Source of the DNA: Camelus dromedarius
Taxonomy: Eukaryota
Assembly (NCBI RefSeq): GCF_036321535.1
Contig: NC_087437.1
Location: 79,300,001-79,364,000, forward strand
Direction of reading: 5' to 3'
Length of the DNA stretch: 64,000 bases
The stretch's first letter is position 1; each line of letters opens with the position of its first letter. Shown here one piece after another: positions 38,051 to 51,507 of the stretch. The notes under the pieces are model-generated. The model was not told the origin of the DNA, did not search any database, and was given only the letters and a program-made list of their open reading frames with translations. Both the position numbers and the translations under genes were made by a program.

Positions 38051-38537
38051 CAATATTTATAGAATAAATAACAATAGATAAATTATATTTGTGATGCACT
38101 GTTTATGTGCTTTTCACGTATTATTCCCACATTTAATTATTATAACAATTCAATGTGCCTCACTATTGTATGTATGTTACAGATGAGAAAATTCATACAG
38201 TGAGTTAAAAAAAAACAAAACTCGCCCAAGGATATATAACTAAGATATTTCAGAGCCCAGTGTAATGCCCAAAGCATTCTGGGTCCTAGATCACACATTT
38301 AAAAAATATTAGGGAATGATATATGCAAGAAATGTAGAGTGAGAAACACTGAAAACTTCCTCATAATAGCAATGAGAACATTGGCAAAATTGTCAAAATC
38401 AACATCTCAGAACTCTGGAAATGAATCAAAGAATTTTAGCAATCTGGAGAACATTTATTTAGGAAAAACAGCAAAATCTCAGAACAGCAAGCATTTTGAT
38501 TTTCTAGCTTGTCCAGCTCCCTCTCCTAGCACACACC

Positions 38538-38975
38538 TGCTATGGATTATATTGTATCCACTAAAACGATATTTGAAGTTTTAACCTCTGGTTCTCATAA
38601 TGTGACCTTATTTGGAAATAGAAACATTGCCAATGTAATTAGTTAAGATGAGGTCATATTACAATAGAGTGAGCCTATAATCTAATAAGACTGACATCCT
38701 TATAAGAAGAATAGAAAAGACACAGAGACACAGACACAAGGAGAGAACACCGTGTAATAACAAAGGCAAAGACTAAGCCAGGAAATGCCAAGGATTGGTG
38801 CCTGAAGCTAGGAAGAGGCAAAGAAGCATTTCCCCTATAGTTCTCAAGGGAGCAGGTCCTGCAAATACCTTGATTTCAGATTTCAAGCCACCAGAGATGT
38901 GAGGCAATACCTTTCTGTTGTCTTACCCACTTAGTTTTTGATACTTTATTATGGCAGCCCTGGGTAATTAACATA
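38538..38975 (+). mobile_element. MLT1C-like MaLR solo LTR inside an old L1 5' fragment (about 38330-39020)
   Basis: tgctatggattatattgt...gtgaccttatttggaaatag...atggcagccctgggtaattaacata; imperfect TSD acacc/gcacc. Confidence 0.85.
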
Positions 38976-39023
38976 GGCACCTAATAAAACAGTCCTAAAA
39001 TGCATGAAACAAAAACTGTCAGA

Positions 39024-41372
39024 AGACTTCCAGTTTCCTATTCTGCATGTAAGGAGCTTGGAAATCACCACTCTGTCATAACTACAAATAAAAAGCTGAA
39101 AAGACTGAAAAATCACCTCTTTTTGGATCCATAGAAGAGGGAAAGACACAGGGTAACTCCCCCCCCCCCAATGTTGGAGAGACTGGCAGGCAAATACAGA
39201 AAGTAACTTAAGGCAGCGCATTCACAGGTGCGCACCAGCAGGGGAACCAGTGCAGGGGTGGGAAAACCTGACCAGCAACGGATAAATGCCTGGAAGCTCG
39301 GTGTGGACCACTGTGAGTTAAACATACCATAAGGACTCAGTTATAGGAGGACCCTGGCATTATTGTGAGAATTGCACTGAGAAGTTTGACCAGGTTCCCG
39401 CAGAGAGAATTCCCTTTCTAAGCTTCCAGCAAGGGGAGCCGAAAGGTACCATTTAGAAACACACCAGAGCACTCTGTTCTTCTCAACAAGGCCTGCCCAC
39501 AAAGAAAGCTAGTCAGCCAGACCCTAACCAGCTGGGATTACTGGAGCCTAACTAACATAGGAAAAAGAAATCCCCAAATCCAGGGGAATCTAGCCTTCCA
39601 CGTGGGAGAAAATACCCAAATGCAGCCCGCTCTAGCCGCCTGTCTCACCGAAAGAGGCAGAAAAAAAGAAAAACTGAGTAACTTGTGAAATTCATGGTCC
39701 AGAGATATATGCTCACTAAAAGACTATATGAAAGACTATATAACGGCTATATAAAGACTGCAGAGAAAATCCTGAAGACACCACAAAAAAAACTACTGGA
39801 ACTCATCAAAGAATTATAAACCATGACCAAGTAGGATTTATCTCAGGTATGCAAGGCTAGTTTGACTTTCAAAAATGTAATCCATCATGTCAACAAAGTA
39901 AAAAAAAAAAAACAAAAAACACATGATCATATCAATAGGTACAGAAAGAACTTGACAAAATTCAACACCCATTCATGATAAAATCTCTCAGCAAACTAGG
40001 AATAGAGGAGAGCATTTTCAACCTGATAAAAGATATTTACAAAAATCCATAGGTAACAATGCTTTTAATGATGATAAACTTGAAGCTCTCACTTAGATCA
40101 GGTACAAAGCAAGGATGCCCCCTCTCACCACTCCTTTCCAACATCATATTGGAAGTTCTTGCTAATCCAATAAGAAAAGAAATAAACGTATACACTTTGA
40201 GAAAGAAGACATAAACCATATTTGTTCTCAGAAGACATAATCATCTATGTAGAATATCCAAAAGAATTTATTAAAGATACCTAACTGATATACAAAAGCC
40301 AGTTGCTTTCCAATATGTTAACACTGAACAAGGGGAATCTGAATTTAGAAACACAATGCCATTTACATTAGCACCCCCCAAAATGAAATACTTAGGTATA
40401 AATCTAACAAAACATGTACACGATCTATTTGGGAAAAACTACAAAACTCAAATGAACAAAATCAAAGAACTAAATAAAATTTATTCCATGTTCATGAATA
40501 GAAAGACTCAATGTTGTCAAGATGTCAGTTCTTCCCACCTTGATCTACAGATTCAATGCAATCCCAATGAAAATTCCAGCAAGTTATATTTTGGATATCA
40601 ACAAATTGATTCTAAAGTTTGTATGTAGAATACTATTGTATTCATGTGGAGAGGCAAAAGCATACCAGAGTAGCCAGCACAATATTGTTGGAGAAGAACA
40701 AAGTCAGAGGACAGATGTTACCCACTTCAAGACTTGCTATAAAGCCAAAGTTAGTGTGGTACTGGTGAAAGAACAGATAAATAGATTAACAGAACAAAAT
40801 AGCCCAGAAATAGACAGCCATAAATATAGATAAGTGATTTTTGACAAAATGGCAAGGGCAACATAATGGAGCAAAGACAGTTTCATCCAGAAATGGTGCT
40901 GAAATAATTGGACATCTACATGCAAAGAAAAGAATCTCGATATAGACTACATCCTTCACAAAAAAATTAACTCAAAATGGATTATAGACCCAAATGTAAA
41001 ATGCAAAAAGCTATAAAACTCCTAGGAGAAAACCTAGATGACTTCAGGTACGGTGATGTCTTTTCAGATACAACACTAAAGAAACTACCCATGGAAGAAA
41101 CAACTGATGAATGTTAACTTGAAGCTGTACTTCATTAACGTTAAAAGCTTCTGCTCGCCAAAAGACAACATCAAGAGAATGAGAAGACAAGCTACAGACT
41201 GGAAGAAAATAGTTACAAAAGACACGTCAAATAAAAGACTGTTATCCAAAATATACAAAGGACTCTTAAAACTCAACAGTAAGAAAACAACCCAATTTAA
41301 AAATGGGCCAAAGACCTTAAAAGACACTTCAGCAGAGAAGGTATACAGATGGCAAATAAGCAGCAAGAAAAA
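39024..41372 (+). mobile_element. Old L1 (L1MC-like): 5'UTR fused to RT-to-C-terminal ORF2 remnant
   Basis: L1MC-type 5' end (gacttccagtttc...catgtaaggagcttggaa) to about 39730, then ORF2 remnants ([46 protein letters not shown]). Confidence 0.85.
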
Positions 41373-42398
41373 AATTATCATCAACCTTCCTTTTTCCTCC
41401 CTGTATTTCTTGTGAATGGCTTCAGCCTGAAGTAAATAGACAGCTTTATTTCTTAAACTACTAGGTGATAGTTTGAAAAGTAGTTTTTCCTCGTAAATAT
41501 GGACTCTGAATATAGACGGTTACACGTGCTAATTCAGCTGTCCAAGTATGCCATCAGTAATTCAAGTTACTTCTAATTTTGTTTCAAAATTCTTGGCCAT
41601 ATTCAAGGCAGGAATTAGGAAAACGTTGAAGCTCTTGCCTTAGGTACAGTTGAGGGGTTTTGTTTTGTTTTGCCCTCCACGGAGTGAAAGCCTCAGTTTT
41701 ACCCTAGTAGACAGACTTCTTACCTCTTGTTGGTCAGAGTAGTGTTACTTGCTTTCTCTTACGCTAACCACAGCTAAATGAAATGCGTTTCCACGACAGA
41801 CTTAATCATACACATAATGATGTATTCTTTCGGGATTTACCTTTTCTTGACCAGTGGGTGTTGATCTACTCCCTAGGAATGTCATAATGATATTAGTAGG
41901 GAAAAAGGTGTGTGGGGGTCAGGTGAGGAGCGGTGTATGGCTGTGGGACAGGCAACTGTAGTGTCTGCCAAACATTTGAACTCAATGACACTTCTAAATT
42001 CTCTAAAGTATTGGTGATTTGTAGAGTTCAAACTCATTAATATTTGAGGTAGTCCAAAATGCATCAAGCACTATATTTAGGTAATCCTTAATGTTTTTGC
42101 ACAATTAACACACTTTCAAAAATCTCCTTTAGATCATGATGGCATAATTGAGATAATCTAGTTCATCAGATTCTTTTTTTTAATTATGTAAGGTGAAAGG
42201 TAGGTAAAGAGGCTTTGGATGGCAGAATGGCTTTGGGGTTTATAGGTATAAACTTTTATAGGTATAGATAGGTATATAGGTAAAAATAATACACTATAGT
42301 AGAGTAGATTATGTTAGACTAGATTAGAAATCCAGCAATTTAGAGTGATAGAATTAATTAGTTGATGAAATGGGTTCTTTTGAAATATAATAGGGTAG

Positions 42399-42885
42399 AA
42401 TCTTAGTTTGAGTGTCCTTCAAATTAGTCTGGAAGTAGTTGGGAGTAGATAGTTGATTTAGAAGGTGATCTCAGAAAGCATAAGTGAGAAGTCAGAAAGA
42501 GTGATACAGGGAAAAGAAAGAGCCTGTATAAGCATGCACTAATGAGAACAGTCCTGTAGGCAGAGGGGTGGGGGAGCTTTGTTCCTGCTGGGACTTTCTG
42601 AGAAGCACACACAACGTCTGCTTGAAGGACAGGAGGATGTGGAATTTATCTACTGTCTCTGTCCCCTATTCTTGAGAGCCTTTCTGGGACATTAGCTATC
42701 ACTGGTTATCAGATTCTCAGAGAAGACCCTGGCATCCAACAGAAAGATGCACAGTACACCATTTTCAGGACTTTGTTAGACTGAGGTGAGTCTGAGTGTC
42801 CACCATAACTGCAGCTAAAAAAACAAGTGATCCAAAAAAAAAAAAAAAATGACACGGGTTACCTAAGAGGTATGTAGTCAACAGT
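42399..42885 (-). mobile_element. ERVL solo LTR (LTR33-like)
   Basis: tcttagtttgagtgtcc...agtagatagttgatttagaaggtgatctcagaaag...gatacagggaaaagaaag. Confidence 0.55.
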
Positions 42886-44149
42886 GTAAGTTCTTCAAAG
42901 CTAATGGATTTTGCAGATTGTAGGTGTAGGCACAATAAAAGTTTTCTTTATTCAAGCATCTCAACAACCTGAAGAGGTTGGTATTATTATACCCATTTTA
43001 AAGGGAAGGTAGCCTATCTCAATTCCCACAGGTAATAACAGATAAATCTAGGATTTGATCCTTACTCTCTTGTGATGTTTCATTGGCTCTTCTTAAAATA
43101 AACCATGTCTTAAGTTGATCAAGCCCTTACCTAAAGTAAACCTCAGTATTAGTTCTCTATTGCCTTATGCAGGCAAACTGTTAACTGTAACCTCCAAGGC
43201 TCCTCCTATTCCTGCCTCCTCCCTTCTTCCCTGTCACCTCATACCACACTGCATTCCGAGGTGACAGTTCAACTGGACTATGATTAGTCCCAGTGGCTCG
43301 TTATGTGATGCTCCCTCTAATTGGAATGTCACTCTTCAGATTCCTTCCTTCCCTTCAGTCTTAGCATAGATGGTCCCTTTCTCTGGAAATCTTCTCTGAC
43401 CACCCTCTCTTCCCCAGATTAGGTGCCCTATTGAGTCCCCTAGCTTCATCCCACCCCAAAGGCAGGAGCAGTGACTTTGATTTTCACTGTTGCATACTCA
43501 GACCCTCTCATTATTCTACTTTTTTGCAAAGTGTTTCTGAATTCCTTCTGTTTTATGCCCTTTCAAATTTGGTGTTTCTTATACATTAGTCCTGAGCTCT
43601 CTTCTGTTTCCATGAAAAGTGCTCTCTCTGGGAAAATTCTCATTGATTTCCCTGAATCCCAAATATCAACCTTATTTTAAGAATTCCTAAATCTAGTTAA
43701 ACTCCCAGAGTATTATGAATAATAATAATGTTAAGTAAACTCTTATGGTAGATATTCCTGTTATTTCTGCCTTGTGGTGCAGCAGGCCCATGCAGAGCTA
43801 ACACATGCAAACGACTGGTAACTTATGCAGACCCCTCTCCCCATCTTTTAAATCTGTTCCTTTTGTGCAGATATTTTGTTGCTGTCTCCACTAATGCCTA
43901 CGCCTAAACCACACAAGTTAGTGTGACTGTTTTCACCTAACACTTTCAAGACTATTTTCACCCAAAATGTCTTTTCCAATAATAGAATGCCTCCATGATT
44001 ATTTTAGAAAATGTTTAAATTATTTAATCTTTTATAAAAAAGTCATCTTAAGGTAAAAACTGGTTTATTTTTAATCAGTTGACTACTTTAGGCCATTTTG
44101 TAATTATTATTATGGTAATTGATTCAGGATTTATCACTAATAGGTGTTG

Positions 44150-44900
44150 AAACTACCAACTGTGGGGCCAGGCTGACAAGAAACACAATACTCACATAGT
44201 TTCAGCGTCTCTCTCTACTAATGATCTATTAATTAGAGAGAAAAAACAGCAACATCTTAGTGAAGAAACTTGGCAGATGGACCTTAACTAAGTGATCAAT
44301 TTAACATCATAAATAATGGGACAACCAACAACCTGTGCCTTCTGATATGATACTAAAAAGGACAAAGCATCACTCTGAATTTCCTTCGAGACGCATAATC
44401 TGAATATATATGAAGAAACATCAGATAACCAAAATTAACCAAAATTACTAAATAATTGACCTGTACTCTAAAAATATCAGTGTCATGAAAAATGAAGTCT
44501 GTAACTGTTCCAGAATAAAAGAATTTAATTCAACGTGAGATCCCAAATACAATTCTGGAACTTAAAAAATAAGTAAAATGAAAATGAAAGCTACAAGTGA
44601 TGCTTTAAAAAACTTTTTTTTTCAAATTTATAAAAATTTTCCCAAGGTTTTTTGTTTGTTTGTTTACACTCCCCGCCCCCCCACCGCCCCGAACAAACTA
44701 ACCTTGTTTCTGGTGATAACCATTATTATTGTGGTTAACATTGTGACTGCTGACTTGAGTAGGGCACACTGGATGTTTCTGATGAGCTGGTAATTCTCTA
44801 TATCTTGATATGGGTGATAGTTCTAGAGAGATATACTTTTGAAATTACATTGGTCGTTACATTTAAGATTTGTAAACTTCATATGTTATCATTCAATAAC
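44150..44900 (+). mobile_element. L1MC4/5-like 3'UTR fragment
   Basis: gtgaagaaacttggcaga...taagtgatcaa...cataatctgaat...gaagaaacatcagataaccaaaatt. Confidence 0.6.
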
Positions 44901-45409
44901 AAGTTAAAATCATCATCATCACAGTTATTCTGAGTTCTGTGTCTGACAGCATCAATAATTACATTGTGTGTGGGTTTATTTCTATTGATTTATTTTTTTT
45001 CTTGTGATTTCAGTCATTTGGTCATGTTGCCTGGAACACTGATTAATTTTATATCGAGTGCTGAAAATGTGTATGAAAAATTGTAAAAGAATATCGGTTT
45101 CTTCTAGCAGACAAGATAAAAGACAAGCAAATGATCTGGTACAAATTGGAATTAAGAAATTTCAAGAATGGATTTCAGATTTTGTGAGAGGGAAGACTTG
45201 TTTGGATTTTTAGCCTTCTAGCAGATTTGTTACTACGTTTTATTCCATTTTATCTATTATCATTATCCTCCTCCTCCTTCTCACCATCGTTTACTTTCTT
45301 TCCTTTTTTTCTCGTCCTTGACATACACAGCTTAGAAACTAGCAAATGTCTTGAGGAAAAAAACTACAGGCAGAATCTTATTCTAATTTCTCTGGCTTCC
45401 CTTTTGGTC

Positions 45410-46376
45410 TGTGAAAGAAAAACACTACTCTTTTTCTGTGGACTTACAAAATCCTTCACTCTGACACCAGATGTGTGGGTTATTTCCCCACCAAGATGTT
45501 CTCTCATTCTCTGTTGACACTAACTGGCTGTCCTGCAATTCAGTTCAATTCTGACATTATCTACCTGGAGTTAGCACAGATCCCACAGGTTAAGAGTTCA
45601 GACCTACAAGGCTGTCCGCACTACACATGCCAACCCCAAGTCTCAGGTTGTCACATGGGCTTCTGAACAGTTGGCTACAAGTCAGAGGTTCTCATGACGC
45701 CTTCCTTGGGTTCAGTCATTTGCTGGAGCAACTCACAGAACTCAGGAAAATAATTCACCAACTTGATTCCTACTTTATTAGAAAAGGATACAGTTTAGGA
45801 ACAGCCAAATTGAAGAGTTGCTTAGCGTAAGGTACATGAAAGGGATGCCGAGCTCTTTCTGTGCACGCCACCCTCCCAGCACCTTCACACGTTCACCAGC
45901 TTGGAAGCTCTCCAAACTCCCTTATTTCAGATATTTATGGAGGCTTCATTCAATCCTCAGTTCCTCTGTACTGTCCCTCTAGAGCGGAGGTTGGTGACGA
46001 GGCAGAGACCTTCAACCCCTAATCACATGGATGGCCCCGCCTGGCAACCTGACCCCATCTTGTGGATATTTAAGGACTTTAGAAAAATTGCCTCATTAAC
46101 ATAAACTCATGTGTGGTGGAAAAGAGCTTGTTATGAATAGTGAAATACAATTCTTTCACCTTGATTTCTATACAACTATTTCAGGAATTAAGGACAGAAT
46201 ATCAAATATTATAATAGAAGATGTCCCTATGATTCTTACCACTTAAGAAATTACACAGGTTTTAGGACCTGCTACCAGGAATTGGGATGAAGATCAAATG
46301 CATAAATACTTAGATTATTTACATTTATAATATATATAAATATTTTTTTATTTATTTATTTTAAATCACAATATCA
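45410..46376 (-). mobile_element. MER21-like solo LTR
   Basis: tgtgaaag...ggctgtcctgcaattcagttcaattctgacattatctacctggagttagcacagatcccacaggttaag...aaatcacaatatca. Confidence 0.8.
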
Positions 46377-46838
46377 GTCTGGAAACTTGTTTTCTCAAAT
46401 CTTGACTGTTTTAATAGCACCAAAATCTAGTTTTTCTTCTCAGTCAAGAGAGTCTTCCACAAGCTTTATTTACACTGCTTTCTATTTCTTCTCTATGCCA
46501 TTTGATTTGAAATGGCAAATGCCATGCGGGGCAAAAAGCGCAGTAAATCTCGGGCTCACCTCTATATACTGTCATCACTCAATATCCGTGGGGGTTTCTC
46601 CCAGGAGCCCCTGCAGATACCAAAATTTGAAGAAGCCCTTTTATAAAATAGAGTACTATTTGGATATAACCTATACACATTCACCCACATTCACCCTTAT
46701 ATTTTAAGTATCTCTAGATTACTTATAATATCTAATGCAATGTAAATGCTGTGTAAATAGTTCCCTCTAAGGAGCAAACCCAAGTTTTGCTTTTTGGAAC
46801 TTTCTGGAATTTTGTTTTTCTAAAATTTTTAGTCCTCT

Positions 46839-47537
46839 TTTTTTTGTTGTTTTTTGTTTTTGTTTTTAAACTTTTTTTTATTGAGTTATAGTCATTTTAC
46901 AATGTTGTGTCAAATTCCAGTGTAGAGCACAATTTTTCAGTTATACATGAACATACATATATCCATTGTCACATTTTTTTTTTCAGTGTGAGCCACTACA
47001 AGATCTTGTATATATTTCCCTGTGCTACATAGTATAATCTTGTTTATCTAGTCTACATATGCCTGTCAGTATCTACAAATTTTGAAATCCCAGTCTATCC
47101 CTTCCCACCTCTCTCCCCCTTGGCAACCACAAGTTTCTATTCTATGTCTGTGAGTCTTTTCTGTTTTGTATGTATGTATGTATGTATGTATGTATGTATG
47201 TATGTATGTATGTATGTATGTATTTATTTATTTTTTAAGATTCCACATATGAGCAATCTCATATGGTATTTTTCTTTCTCTTTCTGGCTTAGTTCACTTA
47301 GAATGACATTCTCCAGGGACATCCATGTTGCTGCAAATGGCATTATGTTGTCGGTTTTTATGGTTTTTATTCCATTGTATAAATATACCATCTCTTCTTT
47401 ATCCAGTCATCCGTTGATGGACATTTAGGCTGTTTTTATGTCTCGGCTATTATAAATAGTGCTGCTGTGAATATTGGGGTGCAGGTGTCATTTTGAAGTA
47501 GGGTTCCTTCTGGATATATGCCCAGGGGTGGGATTTC
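46839..47537 (-). mobile_element. 5'-truncated young L1 closely related to the full-length copy
   Basis: Highly similar to 19465-20065, with an A-rich tail and TSD AGTCCTCT (46831-46838, 47538-47545). Confidence 0.95.
47167..47222. repeat. (TGTA)14 microsatellite inside the L1 3'UTR
   Basis: Perfect TGTA run. Confidence 0.97.
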
Positions 47538-47989
47538 AGTCCTCTGGTTTTGAATGTGCAGCTGCAGAATTCATTCATATGGAGGGCCAACTGTATCCCA
47601 CACTCTTCAGCATCTTAGCCTGTTAAGACTTATAGGGTTTGATGGGTCTCTAAATCTCTTCAACCAGTATTTCCTCAAGCTTATATCATCATTTTAAGGG
47701 AAATTACAAACTACATCTTCATACCTGGATTTAAATATACTTTCCAATAATACATTTATGGCAAAAATTTTTTTTTCTGATAAAATGGAAAGCCACCTCT
47801 TTAATCATGTAAGAAAATGCTTGTTTTGTTGACAAATAAATTATAAACCACATAGATCATATTTGGTTTTGAAACTAATTACATATCAAAATGCAAGTTG
47901 GAATGCATTTTTGTCTCAACTATAAATAAGACTTCTTTGTGACATGATGTTTTGACATCCATAATTTTTATAAATGAAATAATAACTAT

Positions 47990-49310
47990 CCTTTAACAAA
48001 TAATTGTACTTGTTTGAAAAGTCAGGATAACAGACAAATTATACTTAATGTGATTATTGATATGGTTGGATCTAATCTCCCATCTCCTATTTGTTTTCTA
48101 TTTGCCACCACTATTCTTTGATTGCCTTGGCATTTATAGCATACGTTTTTAAATTTACCTGGTCTACCTTCAAGTGATAATACACTTCAATGTTAGTATA
48201 AATAATTTAGAACACTGTCATTACTCTTCTCCTGATGTTTGTGTTATTGCTGTTACTTATTTTATTTTTGTGTATATTATAAACCCCACAGTACATTGTC
48301 ATTATTTTTATTTAAATAATTAAATTTTTAAGAGCTTTACATAGTTGTTTTTAAAAGGTTTTTATGTTTAACTGTATGATAATCAGTATCAAGTATTGGT
48401 GGTCTTAATTCTGAAACTGAGCAGGACCCTTCAGGGCCTCCATGGGTTAGACACCCTTGCTGCAGTGTTCCCAGCCTCTTGTTTGTAGAAAAGCTTTAGC
48501 ACCCTAGGTCTTCCCTGAGTTCCAAAGAGCAAATTTAATCAGAGAAATGAGAAAATGCAGAAACAAAGGAAAACAGTCAAGCAAAATAAAATAATAATAG
48601 TTTAGCCATAAAACAAAGAACCTTTAGTTCCTCTTCAAGGGGCTATAAATACAGTGATGAGCCATATCCTTGAGTCATTTTGCAGATACTAAAACCCCTA
48701 CTAGGTGGAAGCAGTTAACTGCAGGCTGACCACAAGCACATAGACCCCGGACCAGTTGGAATCAGAAGGTTGATGATGTTAATTCCAAAATATCCACCCA
48801 GTTACCTCACCACAAGCCAATCACAACTGTCCATGAGCTGATCAGGCATCTTACAACCCTCACCCCTAGTGTTTCCTTCAAAATCCCATCTCTGAAAGCC
48901 ATTGGGGAGTTTGGGTCTGTTGAGCATGAGCTGCCTGTTCTCCTTGCTTAGCCCCACGTTGGGTGCCTTGTAATAAACATTGTACTTGCCTTCACCACAA
49001 CCGAGTCTCAGTAGATTGGCTTTACTATGCACCAGGCAAGTGGATTCAAGTTTGATTCAGTAACAGTTCCTTTTGTAGGGAAAAAAAAACATTCTTCTAG
49101 TATTGTTTTAATTCTTTAACATTTTTTATAATGTGATTAATCCTTTCAACCCTTGTTTATCTTAAAATATCTTTATTGTGCTTTAGTATTGGAAAGATAT
49201 TTTTCTGGGTAAATAATTTTAGGTTGATAATTTTGTTTAGGTTTTTTTCCCTCCAGTACTTTAAAGATGTTGGTGCCACTGTTTTATTGCTTACCTGGTT
49301 TCTGATAATG
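47990..49310 (-). mobile_element. Old L1 fragment interrupted by an ERV1 LTR
   Basis: Degenerate L1M-like sequence on both sides of the LTR. Confidence 0.5.
48412..49065 (+). mobile_element. ERV1-class solo LTR
   Basis: TG...CA termini (tgaaactgagcagg...ttcagtaaca), AATAAA at 48972-48977, and a 4-bp TSD attc/gttc. Confidence 0.85.
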
Positions 49311-50152
49311 GAATTAAAAATTTGTATTTAGAATTCTTGCTATGTAAATTTTATCCAACACCCCAATACATTGATAAATGGGATTGGGTTATTATTTGTC
49401 AAATTCTGGACAAAAGTAGCATGAGTATGCAGTCTATATTTTGATACAAATATTTATTGAATAGTAATTAGTCGAATATATTTATCAAGAATCTCCTGTC
49501 TGAACAGCAAGAATCAAAATAATGCAAATGCTCCAAATGTCAAATAAATAATAGCAAAGTCCAGCTCCACTTCCACCAATGAAATCAAGTGCCTATTAAG
49601 TGAAGGAAAGTTATTCTAGAAAAATATTGCATATAAAATCAGCCTTAGAATTAGATTCTTCTTGTTTTCTCTATAAGTTGGGAAAAGCTATTAACAGAAA
49701 AAAGTTAAGAAATCCATCGTATTAAATGTAGCTGACCTCCACTATACACAAGTCAGAGATTCTCAAAAATAGGAAATTTTGGATCTCTTTTGGATGAATT
49801 CAGATCCTTCCAATTCATTCTAAGTCAGTGAAACATAAGTTGAAACTTGCCAAAATGGTTATTATCAAAAGAAAGCCAATGAATTAGAAATGACAATTTT
49901 TCCACATTTTGTCCCTAACTGTAAACCTTAAAGATTTCTTCCTCATATCGGTTTAAAATCTTTTTTTTTTTCCTCCTTCCTTTCCAGTAACTTCTTTCTA
50001 TTAACTTCTTTTCAATTTGCTGCTACACAGCAGACTTCACTACTTGACTGGCCTCTATGTGAGATGGCATTTATTCCATTCCCCAGACTAAATGTTCTCC
50101 AGTCTTTCCATGAGAGCTAAAATATCATTTTAGATGATAGGTAGGTCGATAG

Positions 50153-50362
50153 ATTGATTTCTCAAAGGGAACACTACTGGAATTTTGGGAGGGATGGTTC
50201 TTAATTGTGTGGAATTCCCCAATGTAATGCTAGATACTTAGCATTCTTGCCCCTTTTCTTAAATTCCAAATGGCATTTGTACCTCATTGTGACAACTACA
50301 AAATAGCCCTCATGCATTTCTAAACATCCCCTGGGTTTGGTATAGGTCTGATTGAAACCACA
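50153..50362. mobile_element. MER3/MER20-like hAT MITE
   Basis: ttctcaaagggaacactactggaattttggg...cattgtgacaactacaaaat...gattgaaaccac. Confidence 0.55.
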
Positions 50363-51507
50363 GACATCTTTAGCCTATTAACACTTCTGTATGAATTCCA
50401 GCTTTTCACAAAGCGAATGTTCTTCTTAGAACTCAGTGAAATACAGCTATACAGAACATAGTGAAACTATCCTTTTGTTTTTCTTCTGTACACTGTATGT
50501 CAGTTACTACAGAGTCACATTTTTAATATTCCATTTTAAAACATACTGATCTCATATCAATTGAATTTCCAAGGTCATTTTCACATGTGCTAACTGATAA
50601 GCCTTATCACTCCAACTCTGGACATAGGTGGTTGTGCCAAAAATCAAGGATTTTTGTATTTTTTCCTATTAAATGTTTCTTTGGACAAATTGCCCAATAT
50701 TTTTGAACTTTTGAGGGTATTGTGGAGCCACACAGATCATTGGTTAGCGTTTATAACAAGTCTAGCTCTGTTCTAATTCAGAGACTGTATATTTGATGTT
50801 TTCCATCCTAGAACACTGTAAGGAACCACTTCCCACCAAAATTTGCATAGAAATTATGTGATGACCCTAGCCTTTTAACTCTGCATACTCTATTTTCTTC
50901 TTCGCACTTCCTGTAAGTTATGATTATTTTGTGTGTTTTTCTATCCCTCACACTACGGTGTTAGCTATCTGAAGGCAGGCATCTGTTTGACCCTTAATGC
51001 CTAGCCCACATTTGGTGCCTAGAAAGGCATTGTTAATTTTGTATCCAGTGTATGAATTTTTCTTACAAGTGTAGTTATTCAAGAAAATAATTGCCCAAAC
51101 AATTCATAGAACCTGAAGGCAGATCATGATCTTCTTCAGGCAAAACTAACTTGTTAGCATAATTTGGATAAGGACATTCATTGATTTGAGATTCAACTAT
51201 TTGCATTATTAGTGCTAATTATCTGATATTCCTGACTCTCAACTTCTTAGGGAAATCACGGAAAAATACTTGTGAGCAAGTGATTTGCTTTTGCCAACAA
51301 AATGCAGGTTTGTGTCATGTGTCCCTTTTGAGTAGAAGTTTAAAGTATCAGTACCTTCTGAGTTCACTTCTTTTTGAATGATATTCTAAGATGCAAACGT
51401 CTAGATGGAACTCCCTCAGGATTAGTCTCTGACTGACTACACTAAACAGGGAACATGTTTGACCCTGTTTGACCCAAGATAGACATGTAGCTTAAGTGAG
51501 GAACGTA

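Larger units (their letters stand above)
46569..47593. mobile_element. MER2B-like TcMar-Tigger MITE split by an L1 insertion
   Basis: TA TSDs (46567-46568, 47594-47595), degenerate terminal repeats ctgtcatcactc/gagggccaactg, and a MER2 core (tctctagattacttataata). Confidence 0.8.

Noticed and set aside
51112..51140. Imperfect palindrome cctgaag-gc-agatcatgatct-t-cttcagg
   Set aside because: It is isolated and short, with no TSD or context suggesting function.
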